This document shows, piece by piece, positions 45,278-54,219 of a stretch of 64,000 nucleotides of DNA. The DNA is from an uncultured archaeon (GTDB lineage: Archaea; Thermoproteota; Bathyarchaeia; Bathyarchaeales; Bathycorpusculaceae), in NCBI GenBank assembly GCA_963782915.1, contig CAWALK010000020.1, positions 288,001 through 352,000 on the forward strand, read 5' to 3'. A program made the position numbers and the translations under genes. Within the stretch, counting starts at the first letter, position 1; the number at the start of each line of letters is the position of its first letter. Under the pieces are notes generated by a model. The model saw only the letters and a list, made by a program, of their open reading frames with translations, searched no databases and was not told the origin of the DNA.

Positions 45278-45832
45278 TTACCGCCCGTTTAATGTGTTAA
45301 ACAGGGCTAATTCATCCTCTGTTATTCCCACTTTACGCAACTTAGCTACGCATTCCTGATAGCGTTCTTCAGTTAATTTTGAGGGTTTTATTGGGTCTTT
45401 TGTGAAGTGGTACGTTTTTTTGGCTGTTCTACCTCTGCATAACGCAATGGCTTGTTTTTTGAATCGGTTAAGTGCCATACAGTCTTGGCTCTGAAATCCA
45501 AACATTGTATTTGGGAATGCCTGACAGCCTTCGGGTCGAACCTCATAGATTGAACAGGTCTTATCCTTAACAAATGGGCAAGGGGTATGCGTGATGTATT
45601 GGTCGTATTTGGCTTGGTCTACTTCCCAGCGTTTACCCATCTCTTCATAGATTTCTTTTAGTTTAGTTTGGAGCTTCGGGTTTTCTAGTGGGCTTATTTT
45701 TACTTCTCCAGCCGTCAAGAAATCATCCAGTGTGCAGCAGACGCCGCATTTATCGCATACGAAGGGCAAATTGGTTGACCAACTGGTGTTTTTTGTTTTG
45801 AATTCTAAATGAAGATAACATGTGTCAACCAT
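45278..45832 (-). CDS. YkgJ/CxxCxxCC cysteine-cluster protein
   Basis: CDKCGVCC, CPF....CSIYE.RP..C..FP. Confidence 0.85.
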   Translation of the reverse strand: MVDTCYLHLEFKTKNTSWSTNLPFVCDKCGVCCTLDDFLTAGEVKISPLENPKLQTKLKEIYEEMGKRWEVDQAKYDQYITHTPCPFVKDKTCSIYEVRPEGCQAFPNTMFGFQSQDCMALNRFKKQAIALCRGRTAKKTYHFTKDPIKPSKLTEERYQECVAKLRKVGITEDELALFNTLNGR

Positions 45833-45921
45833 GCTGCATCTGCCTCAGAGAAACTGTAAACGGCGCTTTCAACTTTTCCCCAAAAAACATCAATTTAAAA
45901 ACCAATCACAACAATAGTTCT

Positions 45922-47031
45922 ATGAGCGGAATGTTGCATAGTGACGACTTGCTTGATGTTCTCTACAGAATAAAGGACAGCATTGTAGCTTTAGATAATA
46001 ACTGCAATATAACCTACGCTAATCAGGCGTACGCAGACATCTTTGGCTTAGAAACTAAAGCGATGATTGGCAAAAACATTTGGGAACTTGTACCAAGAGC
46101 CGTTAACTCAATTATTTACCAGAAAATAATCGAAGCAATGAAAACCCGTACCTTCCATCGTTTCGAGTGGCAAGGCATATACACTGATGTATTCTGGGAA
46201 ACAACACTCTTCTGCTCAACTAAAGGCATAACTGTCATTAACAAGGATATAACTCAACGCAGAAAAGCAGAAGAAGCACTGGAAATCAATAATAAAAATC
46301 TCGAGAAAATGGTTGAAGAAAAAACAAAGCAACTTCGGGATTCCGAAAGACTTGCCGCTATCGGCGCCACAGCAGGCATGGTCGGACACGACATCCGCAA
46401 CCCACTACAAGCCATAGTGAGCGATGTCTATTTGCTAAAAGACTTTTTGCAGGATATGCCTGTGTCACAGACAAAGGATGAGGTAACTGAGAGTTTAGAT
46501 GGCATCGAGAAAAACATCGGCTACATCAACAAAATCGTCGCCGACCTCCAAGATTACGCCAGACCCCTTACACCCGAATTCTCAGACGTTAACCTCTATG
46601 AATTAGTAACAAGCGTATTCGCACCCATAACTGTACCTGAAAACACAACTCCACTGATTGACATTGATCCTCAATTTTGGTTAAAATCCGACCCAACACT
46701 GCTTCGACGCATCCTAACCAACTTGATTATCAATGCTATCCAAGCTATGCCTCAGGGTGGAAACCTCACAGTCAGCGTTACCCAATTGAACGGCAACCTG
46801 CTGCTTGTTGTAAAAGATACGGGCGTGGGCATTCCAGAGGATGTTAAACCGAAGTTGTTTACGCCTATGATGACGACTAAGGCTAAGGGTCAGGGTTTAG
46901 GTTTGGCTGTGGTTAAGCGGTTGGTTGAGGCTTTAGGTGGTTCTGTTTCGTTTGAGAGTCAAGAGGGGAAAGGAACAGAATTCCATGTGACTCTTCCTAA
47001 GGCGCAACTGAAAAGTAAAAGAGATTTTTAG
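45922..47031 (+). CDS. PAS domain sensor histidine kinase (soluble)
   Basis: PAS-like N-terminus; HDIRNPL; NLI.NAIQAM; DTGVGI; GQGLGL. Confidence 0.93.
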   Translation: MSGMLHSDDLLDVLYRIKDSIVALDNNCNITYANQAYADIFGLETKAMIGKNIWELVPRAVNSIIYQKIIEAMKTRTFHRFEWQGIYTDVFWETTLFCSTKGITVINKDITQRRKAEEALEINNKNLEKMVEEKTKQLRDSERLAAIGATAGMVGHDIRNPLQAIVSDVYLLKDFLQDMPVSQTKDEVTESLDGIEKNIGYINKIVADLQDYARPLTPEFSDVNLYELVTSVFAPITVPENTTPLIDIDPQFWLKSDPTLLRRILTNLIINAIQAMPQGGNLTVSVTQLNGNLLLVVKDTGVGIPEDVKPKLFTPMMTTKAKGQGLGLAVVKRLVEALGGSVSFESQEGKGTEFHVTLPKAQLKSKRDF

Positions 47032-47834
47032 GGCTCGAGTTTTTTGCCGCATCGGACGCAGTAGGTGGAGTCGGTTTGGTTTTGTGCTCCGCAATGGGTA
47101 CAGTACTTTGCCTGTGGGACTGAGGTGGCGACCGTTGGTGGGATAACTGTTTGGGTTGGTGGCGCTTTAATTGCCCAATATCCTTTTGCCACAAATACCC
47201 AAGCCACATATTCTATGAGTCCGCCTGGTACAGAGGCCAAAGCAAGTATATTGGAGTCGATAGAGTTGCTGTAGATTAAAACAACGAATACTGCTCCAAC
47301 TGCGATGTTAATGATGGCGCCGAGGACGAAGATTTTTGCGGCACTTCTAAATAGGGATACATCTGATTTGTCGGCTAAGAGATTGTATGATTTATAATTG
47401 AAGTATATCCAGACTAATGCAGCCACCGACATTACTGGTGTTAAGGCTGAAATGTAGGGTGCAAACAGCGCCGTTGCATTGGAAGAATTAGAGGGTATCG
47501 ACTGCGCGTTTAACGTAAGTATATTCACTAATGTCAGTATAGCCCATGTTGTCAAGGTTACTACCCCCGTGACAATTGCGCCTATAAAACCGTAGACGAT
47601 ATATTGGAATATGCGTTTGTCAGCGTAATCTCTTGAGAACCCATTCATTGAGATTAGGAACAAAATAAACCCTACAAATGATAAAAGGCCAGTCAAGCCA
47701 ATTATCAAAAGAAATACAAAGTTTAGTGTTCCTGCATTGCCTATTGTAAATATGGATGAGATGGTGCCGACTACACCGGTTAATGTTAGAAGGGCACCTA
47801 TGCCGCCTAAGGTTTTGTTACTCTCAATAGTCAC
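47028..47834 (-). CDS. DUF996-like membrane protein with C-terminal zinc ribbon
   Basis: K.LGGIGA.L start, multiple TMs, C..CG.......C..CG. Confidence 0.75.
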   Translation of the reverse strand: MTIESNKTLGGIGALLTLTGVVGTISSIFTIGNAGTLNFVFLLIIGLTGLLSFVGFILFLISMNGFSRDYADKRIFQYIVYGFIGAIVTGVVTLTTWAILTLVNILTLNAQSIPSNSSNATALFAPYISALTPVMSVAALVWIYFNYKSYNLLADKSDVSLFRSAAKIFVLGAIINIAVGAVFVVLIYSNSIDSNILALASVPGGLIEYVAWVFVAKGYWAIKAPPTQTVIPPTVATSVPQAKYCTHCGAQNQTDSTYCVRCGKKLEP

Positions 47835-47890
47835 GCCGTATACCCCAGCGCTTACTATTCCAGCGGTTAGGGGATAAGGTTTGTGCTCAG

Positions 47891-48916
47891 TTACTGAGTA
47901 ACCATTTTTTTGGCCGGTTCTTCTGCGCCGACTCGAAGCCGGTCTACATCTGCCCGCTGAGGCAACACTACCCTGATGGATTTGTTTAGGCTTTCTTTTC
48001 CGTATTTAACGTTGGCTTCCGGGGTTTTGGCGTCGGAGTAGAAAGCGGTTAACTTTGCGGCTGTCTCTACGGCAGCTTTGGTTTTGGGGCCTTGCAGCAG
48101 TGTGGTTGGGCCAACGATGTCTGAGGGTTCAAAGTAATAGTCGCTTTTGGCTTTGTTAGTTGTTAAAAAGTTGTTTTCAGCTTGGTTTCTGCCGACAACG
48201 ATTTTGTTCTCGCCCAACCGGAAGTGCCTGCCAATCCGCAGCAACGCCACATCCGCCACTGTCACGCGTTTCTTGTGTTCAAAGAGGTCACTGAGTTTCT
48301 TTGCGTATTCCTCACAGGTCAAGAGGCATCCGCCGGCAGGAGAAGGATACACCGTTATCCCAAACTCTTTCGCCAGCTCCATCTGGGGCTTTCGACACCT
48401 GCCCTGAATGCTTAAAAGGTTATTGCGATCAATCAGCCCTTTCTTTTCTGCTTCAGTCTCAGCCATCAACTTCGCCGAAAGCGGCCTGAGCAGTTTACCT
48501 TTCAAACCGGCTTCTTCAGCGATGGTTTTTAGGGCGGGTCCATGCTGCGACATCGGCCGTTCACCCAACACTTCGCCTGTGAAGAGGAAGTCGGCGCCGA
48601 CTTCTTTAGCATATTTTTTAGCATGTTTTAATATGAAGATTTTGCAGTCGACGCAGGGGTTAATGTTTTTTCCGTAGCCATGCTTGGGGTTACGCAGCAT
48701 CTTTATGTATTCTAAATCGACTTCTTGAACTTTAAGCGGCACCTTAAGTTGCTCTGCAGCTTGGGTTGCTTCGCTTGAGCCATCCTTCTTTGGTATGCCA
48801 AACGGCGTTTTTATGTTGTATGCGATTACTTCTATGCCTTGACGCCGAACTAGTTCTGTGGCGAGTATGCTGTCTAAGCCGCCGGAGAATAAACTGATGG
48901 CTTTAACCTTAGTCAT
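47891..48916 (-). CDS. ThiI-like PP-loop tRNA sulfurtransferase
   Basis: SGGLDS, NPCVDCK, GEVLG.RPMSQ, PAGGCLLT, GRHFR. Confidence 0.82.
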   Translation of the reverse strand: MTKVKAISLFSGGLDSILATELVRRQGIEVIAYNIKTPFGIPKKDGSSEATQAAEQLKVPLKVQEVDLEYIKMLRNPKHGYGKNINPCVDCKIFILKHAKKYAKEVGADFLFTGEVLGERPMSQHGPALKTIAEEAGLKGKLLRPLSAKLMAETEAEKKGLIDRNNLLSIQGRCRKPQMELAKEFGITVYPSPAGGCLLTCEEYAKKLSDLFEHKKRVTVADVALLRIGRHFRLGENKIVVGRNQAENNFLTTNKAKSDYYFEPSDIVGPTTLLQGPKTKAAVETAAKLTAFYSDAKTPEANVKYGKESLNKSIRVVLPQRADVDRLRVGAEEPAKKMVTQ

Positions 48917-49089
48917 AACAGTGACATAACTTCCCCGCAAATAATAATGTAGCTGTCCAACCCGCAGAAGAAAACCCTATGGAGACTCCATGGATTTTTT
49001 TCTTGTTAACGGTACTTCGCTAATTGGCAAAGCTCGCTTGGCAAAAATCTATATGAATTATCAATCCCCAACAGGAAACCAGAGAGCGA

Positions 49090-50439
49090 TTGGAGGAGAA
49101 GAATCTGATTGTTGAAAAAACTGAACCCCTGATAAGCTATGAATCCTATGTATCCAAGAAACAGGATGAACCAGTCTCCATCATTGAATGGATGGATTAT
49201 CGGTGGCAACTAAAGAATTCAATCAAAACCATAGAAGCATTCGAGGGCTTCATGGGCGTAAATTTCTCGAAGAAAGAGAAAAAAGAATTAGAGAAAACAG
49301 TAAAAAAGTTCCCACTAAGCATCACACCTTACTATGCGTCGCTTATCGAGAAAGAAAACATGCGCAATGACCCAATCTTTAAGCAGGCTTTCCCCAACCC
49401 AGCGGAACTAGTCATCTCAAAATATGACATGAAAGACCCCCTTCACGAGGACAAGGACAGCCCAACTAAAGGCATCACACACCGCTACCCCGACCGCGTC
49501 CTCTTTCTCATCAGCAACCGCTGTGCCATGTACTGCCGCCATTGCACGCGGAAAAGAAAAGTCGGCGACCCAGAACACATCCCCTCCAAAGAACAAATCA
49601 TCGCCGGATTAGATTACATACGAAGCCACAGTGAAGTCCGCGATGTACTCTTATCCGGCGGCGACGCATTGATGCTCCCGGACGATTTCCTCGACTGGAT
49701 ACTAACCGAACTCAACAACATACCACACGTAGAAGTAGTCAGGATTGGCTCAAGAACCCCAGTTGTGCTACCCTACCGCATAACCGATGAACTCGTAGAC
49801 ATGCTAAAACGCCATCACCCCCTATGGCTAAACACACATTTCAACCATCCACGCGAATTAACTCCCTCCGCCCGGGAAGCACTAAGAAAACTAGCCGACG
49901 CAGGCATACCCATCGGCAACCAATCCGTATTGCTCGCAGGCGTGAACGATTGCCCCCAAATCATGAAGAAACTCAACCAAAAACTCGTCCAAAACCGCGT
50001 CCGACCCTACTACCTCTTCCAATGCGACCTCTCCGAAGGCCTAACACATTTCCGCACCTCAGTCGGTAAAGGCGTAGAAATCATGGAGAGCCTTCAGGGA
50101 CACACCAGCGGTTTCGCAGTGCCAACGTTCGTGATTGATGCGCCCGGCGGCGGAGGAAAAATCCCAGTTATGCCCAACCACATCATTAGCTGGTCAACCA
50201 ACAAGACAGTGCTACGCAACTATGAAGGCGTAATCACGACTTATCAGGAACCGGACAACTATAAACCTGTCAAATGCGACTTGAAATGCCAGAATTGCAA
50301 CTTGCAGCTTGAAGCAGAAGATAAAGCACCTATTGGGATAGAGAAATTGCTGGCGGACTCTAATGAAACCATCTCGCTTGTGCCAAAAGGGAACCTTAGA
50401 TTGGAACGCCGAAAAAAGAGCAGCCTTAAAGTGCCATAA
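49090..50439 (+). CDS. ablA: lysine 2,3-aminomutase (radical SAM, PLP)
   Basis: [46 protein letters not shown]; long AblA-like C-terminus. Confidence 0.93.
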   Translation: MEEKNLIVEKTEPLISYESYVSKKQDEPVSIIEWMDYRWQLKNSIKTIEAFEGFMGVNFSKKEKKELEKTVKKFPLSITPYYASLIEKENMRNDPIFKQAFPNPAELVISKYDMKDPLHEDKDSPTKGITHRYPDRVLFLISNRCAMYCRHCTRKRKVGDPEHIPSKEQIIAGLDYIRSHSEVRDVLLSGGDALMLPDDFLDWILTELNNIPHVEVVRIGSRTPVVLPYRITDELVDMLKRHHPLWLNTHFNHPRELTPSAREALRKLADAGIPIGNQSVLLAGVNDCPQIMKKLNQKLVQNRVRPYYLFQCDLSEGLTHFRTSVGKGVEIMESLQGHTSGFAVPTFVIDAPGGGGKIPVMPNHIISWSTNKTVLRNYEGVITTYQEPDNYKPVKCDLKCQNCNLQLEAEDKAPIGIEKLLADSNETISLVPKGNLRLERRKKSSLKVP

Positions 50440-50975
50440 ATGCCCCGCCCCCTCGACATCTCAGCTTTAACCATCCGAAAAGTCGCCATAGCGGACATAT
50501 CTGAAGTCTACAAACTACTCGCCGCCAACAGGCCCTATGTTGGGCTTAAACAGCCGCTACACATACTTCCTCTTAGCCAGGGACTTCTCGGAAACCTGCC
50601 TTGTTGCCCTTGACGGCGGACGCATCATCGCTTTCTCTTCCGGCTATGTCCCACCCAATAGACCTGATACTTTTTTCAGTTGGGAAGTCGTGGTGGATAG
50701 TGGATTACCGTGGCAATGGGTTGCAAAAGACGCTGCTGCTTGAGCAATTAAGGTTGACTGAAGCGAAATATTTCGAGGGAACAATTAACCCTTCAAACGG
50801 GGCTTCGGAAAAGAATTTTTTGGAAATCGCTCGGATACTAAACACAGACGTTTCCAAGAGTGTACTATTTAGCGAAGAGGACTTCGGAAATGACGGTCAC
50901 GAAGCCGAGCACCTTTACAGGATTGGTCCAATCTCGCTTGTTGGGTTGAAAAATTCTGCTGATTATTCGATTTAG
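50440..50975 (+). CDS. EctA-like (diaminobutyrate acetyltransferase-type) GNAT (two frameshifts near 50548 and 50702)
   Basis: ATG directly after ablA TAA; LNSRYTYFLLARDFSETC, SGY.PP.RPDTFF.W.V.V, RG.GL, TINP.N.AS, GHEAEHLYRIGP. Confidence 0.8.
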
Positions 50976-51039
50976 ATTCGATATTTGTTCATCTGTACGG
51001 CGCTTGTTCCCTTGAGTTCAGAATTATTTAAAAAGCCAG

Positions 51040-52188
51040 ATGAGAATAAACCAGATGGCTTTGAGCTTTCGGGGTTTAGCGGTGGACATTAGCATCTTCG
51101 TTCCAATATTCAAGGAGTCAACTGAACTAGAAGGGATGCTTGATATTCTGTGTCCGCAGAATGTGTCTAAAGAAATTTTTGTCACTGTTGATGAACCCAC
51201 CGATGAGTTTACCCAAAAAATTAAGCAGCTGCAAAGAGAAAACGTCACATTCATCACTAATAAAGAACGAGTCGGCAAAGCTAACGCACTCAACAGCACC
51301 GTACAGCTCTCAACGGGCAAAGTGCTGCTCTTTTTGGACGCCGACGTGGGGTTACCAAACGATCCTGATTATCTGAGAAAAATCGTTATGGACATGGAAC
51401 ACACCGACATCTTAGACATCAAAAAAAGAGTCACCAAAGACAAATCGTTCCTCTCCAAAATGGCATATTACGAATACTTGACGTTTAACATGAGTGCTTG
51501 GTTATCTTCCAAGTTTATGCATAAATGCCCCGCAGTAAACGGCGCAGCTTTCGCGATTAGGCGGGAAATGTTTGAGAAAGTCCATGGCTTCCGCAAAGTA
51601 GTCGCCGAAGACATCGATATTGCAACCCGCGCTTTTTTGGCCGACGGCAGCTTCGCTTACTCATCAGAGGTTGAAGTAAAAAACGTGGTGCATGGCGACT
51701 GGCACAAATGGTTCACCCAGCGCCGCAGATGGTCGATTGGGCAGGCTCTTTGGCTCAAAGACTGGTATAAACCATTGATTGGACGCTTTATCAAGAAGCC
51801 CCAAGTTTTTCTGCCAAGCCTATTCTTCTTGTATCCGTCGGTTACGGTGTTCTTTTTGAGTGCCGTAGTGCCGAGTCTATGGATGTATAATGGGCTGCTA
51901 TTCACTTCGCTGTTCCTATCGGTTAAATTTAACATTGCTTTGCCGGTTTTCTTGGTTTCGTTGGCGACTGCTGACGCACTAAAGGTGCTGCTGATTTCGC
52001 TGGCCGGTTTTGGCATCACTGCGGCGGTTTTCTATGGGTTCTCTAGGAAACTGGGCTTTAATGAGATGAAGTTGCATGAGTTGTTCGTGTATTACTTCTT
52101 TTACTCGTCACTTTGGATGGCAATGATAGTTATTGGTCATTTGCAAGTGTTGGTTGGGAAGCGGTCTGGTCCCGGCTGGAAAACATAG
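51040..52188 (+). CDS. family 2 glycosyltransferase with C-terminal TMs
   Basis: GKANALN, FLDAD, AED, QRRRW. Confidence 0.9.
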   Translation: MRINQMALSFRGLAVDISIFVPIFKESTELEGMLDILCPQNVSKEIFVTVDEPTDEFTQKIKQLQRENVTFITNKERVGKANALNSTVQLSTGKVLLFLDADVGLPNDPDYLRKIVMDMEHTDILDIKKRVTKDKSFLSKMAYYEYLTFNMSAWLSSKFMHKCPAVNGAAFAIRREMFEKVHGFRKVVAEDIDIATRAFLADGSFAYSSEVEVKNVVHGDWHKWFTQRRRWSIGQALWLKDWYKPLIGRFIKKPQVFLPSLFFLYPSVTVFFLSAVVPSLWMYNGLLFTSLFLSVKFNIALPVFLVSLATADALKVLLISLAGFGITAAVFYGFSRKLGFNEMKLHELFVYYFFYSSLWMAMIVIGHLQVLVGKRSGPGWKT

Positions 52189-52196
52189 CTTGGGCT

Positions 52197-52248
52197 TTTC
52201 TCTATAGTTGTTGTTGCCGAAAAGCCCCTATACACAACAACAACCAAC
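52197..52248 (-). repeat. dispersed hairpin repeat B, copy 3
   Basis: GTTGTTGTTG-CCGAAAAGCCCCTATACA-CAACAACAAC, perfect 10-bp inverted repeat. Confidence 0.8.
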
Positions 52249-52288
52249 TCGGCATATGCAATAAACTGAGGGCAAACCAGAGAGAGGT

Positions 52289-52336
52289 CTTTTGCTCTGC
52301 CGACCCTATCCCCCCTTATTTATAGGCTAAACAACC
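52289..52336 (-). repeat. dispersed repeat core A, copy 8
   Basis: Reverse complement GGTTGTTTAGCCTATAAATAAGGGGGGATAGGGTCGGCAGAGCAAAAG. Confidence 0.88.
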
Positions 52337-52645
52337 GCCTAGCGGGGTATTTGCTGATTGTATGGGTGCAATCTTTATGTTTGGGCTGTTAGGCGTTTGT
52401 TAGGTTCTGTGGCGGTTTTGTTTGCAGTTGTTTTCAATCGGGAAGATTTGTTTTGGTTGAGGCTTTGTTGGGGTTCGTTTTTTTAGTATTAGATATGGAC
52501 TAGACCCCTCTTTCTCTTCTTCCTGTGGGCTTGGCTGACGGCTGCCCGCAAGCAGATGGTGCTGCGCTAAAAACAACCTGATTGGTCTTTTCCTAGCCTC
52601 CAGCCAATCAACCGAGCCCAACAAGCAACATAACCGAACCGAAGC

Positions 52646-52662
52646 GGAAAAAGATTATAATA
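52646..52662 (+). promoter_or_regulatory. BRE/TATA promoter of tRNA-Arg
   Basis: GGAAAAAGA-TTATAA about 30 nt upstream of the tRNA. Confidence 0.6.
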
Positions 52663-52689
52663 AGTGATAAGATGTCATTGTTGGAAAAG

Positions 52690-52767
52690 GGGTCCGTGAC
52701 GCAGTACGGATAGCGTGTCAGCCTTCTAAGCTGAAAGTCAAGGGTTCAAATCCCTTCGGACCCGCCA
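52690..52767 (+). tRNA. tRNA-Arg (anticodon TCT), intronless, CCA encoded
   Basis: Acceptor GGGTCCG/CGGACCC, anticodon arm TCAGC-CTTCTAA-GCTGA, T arm AAGGG-TTCAAAT-CCCTT, 3' GCCA. Confidence 0.96.
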
Positions 52768-53047
52768 TATTACTCACTTTAGAGCTTAATTCTGCATTTA
52801 CTAGGTCAACATTATCTATGTGACCATTATGACCAATTTCCGATTTATCTGTAGGTAATTCAATAAGTTTGCTGTTAATATACTCTATAGATTGTTGATG
52901 ATATTCAAATTGTGCTTTACCATTCTGTCTGCCAATATAATGTCTAGCTCTACCATAAGATAACTCCCCATTGCTCCTAAAGAATAGTTGAATTGTAGAA
53001 ACTTTGCCGCATTCTTCACACTCAAACTGTAAACACTTAATCTTCAT
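52718..53047 (-). CDS. hypothetical CxxC protein (cassette 1); C-terminus reads antisense through the tRNA 3' half
   Basis: CEECGK...IQ.F......YGRARHY......FEYH.Q. Confidence 0.65.
   Translation of the reverse strand: MKIKCLQFECEECGKVSTIQLFFRSNGELSYGRARHYIGRQNGKAQFEYHQQSIEYINSKLIELPTDKSEIGHNGHIDNVDLVNAELSSKVSNMAGPKGFEPLTFSLEG
52768..52797 (+). repeat. cassette repeat R0 (degenerate, abuts tRNA CCA)
   Basis: TATTACTCACTTTAGAGCTTAATTCTGC vs R2 AAGAACTAGTTTTGGAGCGTAACTCTGC. Confidence 0.5.
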
Positions 53048-53102
53048 ACCAATTCCTTCTACTTGGAGCTGGCTGGAGAGCTAGAAGAGGTATTTAATGA
53101 CC

Positions 53103-53128
53103 CCTAAAGAACAATTTTGGAGTGTTAG
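53103..53128 (+). repeat. cassette repeat R1
   Basis: CCTAAAGAACAATTTTGGAGTGTTAG. Confidence 0.75.
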
Positions 53129-53167
53129 TTTAGTTAACTTCTTAAGGTTAACTAACTTACATAGTTA

Positions 53168-53467
53168 GTGATTGTAATGGTTGAATTATCTCCATTGGCT
53201 GAGATACTTTTTTTCCTTCAATATCTCATGTTACCATTAATTCCTTTTGTTGTTGGAGGAATTTTGTTCTATTTTAAGCCTAAGCATAGAGTGAGCATTG
53301 GAATATCATTGATTTGTTTTGGAGTTCTTAAATTATTATTTGTGTTTAATGAGTATTGGTATCTGTATATGGCATATGGTTTCTTTGGTTTTCTGACAAT
53401 ACTTCTAGGGGTACTCTCTGTTCTTTACCCCAAAATGCTAAGCAAAGACAATAGAATTAAGAACTAG
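53168..53467 (+). CDS. small 3-TM membrane protein (cassette 2)
   Basis: Hydrophobic ORF; stop TAG lies inside repeat R2. Confidence 0.75.
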   Translation: MIVMVELSPLAEILFFLQYLMLPLIPFVVGGILFYFKPKHRVSIGISLICFGVLKLLFVFNEYWYLYMAYGFFGFLTILLGVLSVLYPKMLSKDNRIKN

Positions 53468-53481
53468 TTTTGGAGCGTAAC
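53456..53481 (+). repeat. cassette repeat R2
   Basis: ATTAAGAACTAGTTTTGGAGCGTAAC. Confidence 0.9.
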
Positions 53482-53763
53482 TCTGCTTTGTTTTCTCTTC
53501 TTATTAATACAATGAAGATAGCATTACCTATCAATGTAACGATGAATGCAAACAATGGGTAATTCCACAATGGTGTCTCCAACTCCTGTTGGTGTATATT
53601 CTATTGGACCTATGTATTTTGTGCTTATAAAAATACCAACTGAGCTCACCACTTCATTTGTGTTTATTAGTTCTGATAAAACAAATTGGCTAGACAAGAC
53701 TAATACTAAACTCATAACAACATTGAAAACAATCATATTTGTTGTTAACTTACTGAATGTCAT
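53457..53763 (-). CDS. small 2-TM membrane protein (cassette 3; frameshift near 53575)
   Basis: Shifted frame gives PLWNYPLFAFIVTLIGNAIFIVLIRRENKAELRSKTSS*, ending in R2; similar to cassette 4 protein. Confidence 0.7.
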
Positions 53764-53843
53764 AATAGCTATTGCTTCTTTGTCTGCTTATAAAATTAAG
53801 GCATATTCACTAAAGACGCTAATCATCTAGTACAGCAACCAAT

Positions 53844-53869
53844 CATTAAGAACTATTTTTAGAGCATAG
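53844..53869 (+). repeat. cassette repeat R3
   Basis: CATTAAGAACTATTTTTAGAGCATAG. Confidence 0.85.
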
Positions 53870-53912
53870 GCTTGAGGGATGAAAAATCTATTATAGCTTA
53901 GACTACTGAAAG

Positions 53913-54212
53913 ATGGCTATGCATAAAATAGCTAAGATTGCTATGGTAACCAATCTTATCTTAGCTCTGCTTTTTATTTATTCCAACTTATTAGTTTGGG
54001 ATGTCTTCAATGGCAATAATGCTTTACATAGGACTGAGTTTGCTACTCATTGGGGATTCAATAACTATCTCTTAACATTCTATGACCATTTACCTGATGG
54101 TAGTGTTGGAGTTGTACAGGGAATTTTTATTTACCCAAATTTCCCAATCTGCGTATTCTTTGTTGCTCTAGCAGTAAATCTATTCTTTATCTATAAACTG
54201 AGCAAGAAATGA
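53913..54212 (+). CDS. small 2-TM membrane protein (cassette 4)
   Basis: N-terminal TM, loop, YPNFPICVFFVALAVNLFFIYKL. Confidence 0.78.
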   Translation: MAMHKIAKIAMVTNLILALLFIYSNLLVWDVFNGNNALHRTEFATHWGFNNYLLTFYDHLPDGSVGVVQGIFIYPNFPICVFFVALAVNLFFIYKLSKK

Positions 54213-54219
54213 TAAGACC

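Noticed and set aside
45922-47031. Orphan histidine kinase as a novelty
   Set aside because: Solitary PAS kinases are common in these archaea; no special feature seen
10824-52336. Repeat A as Orc1/Cdc6 origin recognition boxes
   Set aside because: It has a G-string but lacks the TCCA..GGAAAC ORB core, is dispersed, and there is no cdc6 nearby
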